DNA of 63,769 nucleotides, counting the filler, from Octopus bimaculoides (taxonomy: Eukaryota): NCBI RefSeq assembly GCF_001194135.2. It is 4 parts of 3 records of this genome, joined end to end, with 100 filler letters (N's around TTAATTAATTAA, not from the genome) between each part and the next. Parts side by side here need not be neighbours in the genome. Positions count along the whole stretch, not along the records: positions 48,952 to 63,769 come from NC_068981.1; 3 more parts are not named here. One strand, written 5' to 3'. This document shows, piece after piece, positions 63,745 to 63,769 of this stretch. A program made the translations under genes and the position numbers. Within the stretch, counting starts at the first letter, position 1; each line of letters starts with the position of its first letter. Below the pieces are notes generated by a model, which was not told the DNA's origin, searched no databases, and worked only from the letters and a program-made list of their open reading frames with translations.

Positions 63745-63769
63745 TATATATATATATATATATATATAT

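Overview
AT-rich, microsatellite-dense animal genomic DNA with about 7 kb of N gaps. The repeat families and the gene content point to an Octopus draft assembly (inference). The one clearly identifiable gene is a minus-strand ETS factor of the ETV6/ETV7 (TEL)/yan class: three phase-compatible exons at 46043-45939, 45191-44948 and 43233-42369, with a long tail carrying PxDLS, SUMO and MAPK motifs. I also reconstructed by hand a plus-strand type I membrane-protein gene fragment (28.8-39.6 kb) and two phase-consistent chains of short minus-strand exons of unknown product (23.3-13.9 kb and 5.8-1.3 kb). The rest is nested mobile DNA: RTE, CR1 and Dong/R4-like LINE fragments, mariner and maT-like transposons, four tRNA-SINE families and several MITEs. 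The most unusual signals are a ~185-bp microsatellite-embedded element (3 copies) with a non-canonical minimal hammerhead-ribozyme fold, a 78-bp-arm near-perfect palindrome, three exons open in two reading frames, and (TAA)n-embedded RLE retrotransposon ends. All calls are by eye; no searches were run.
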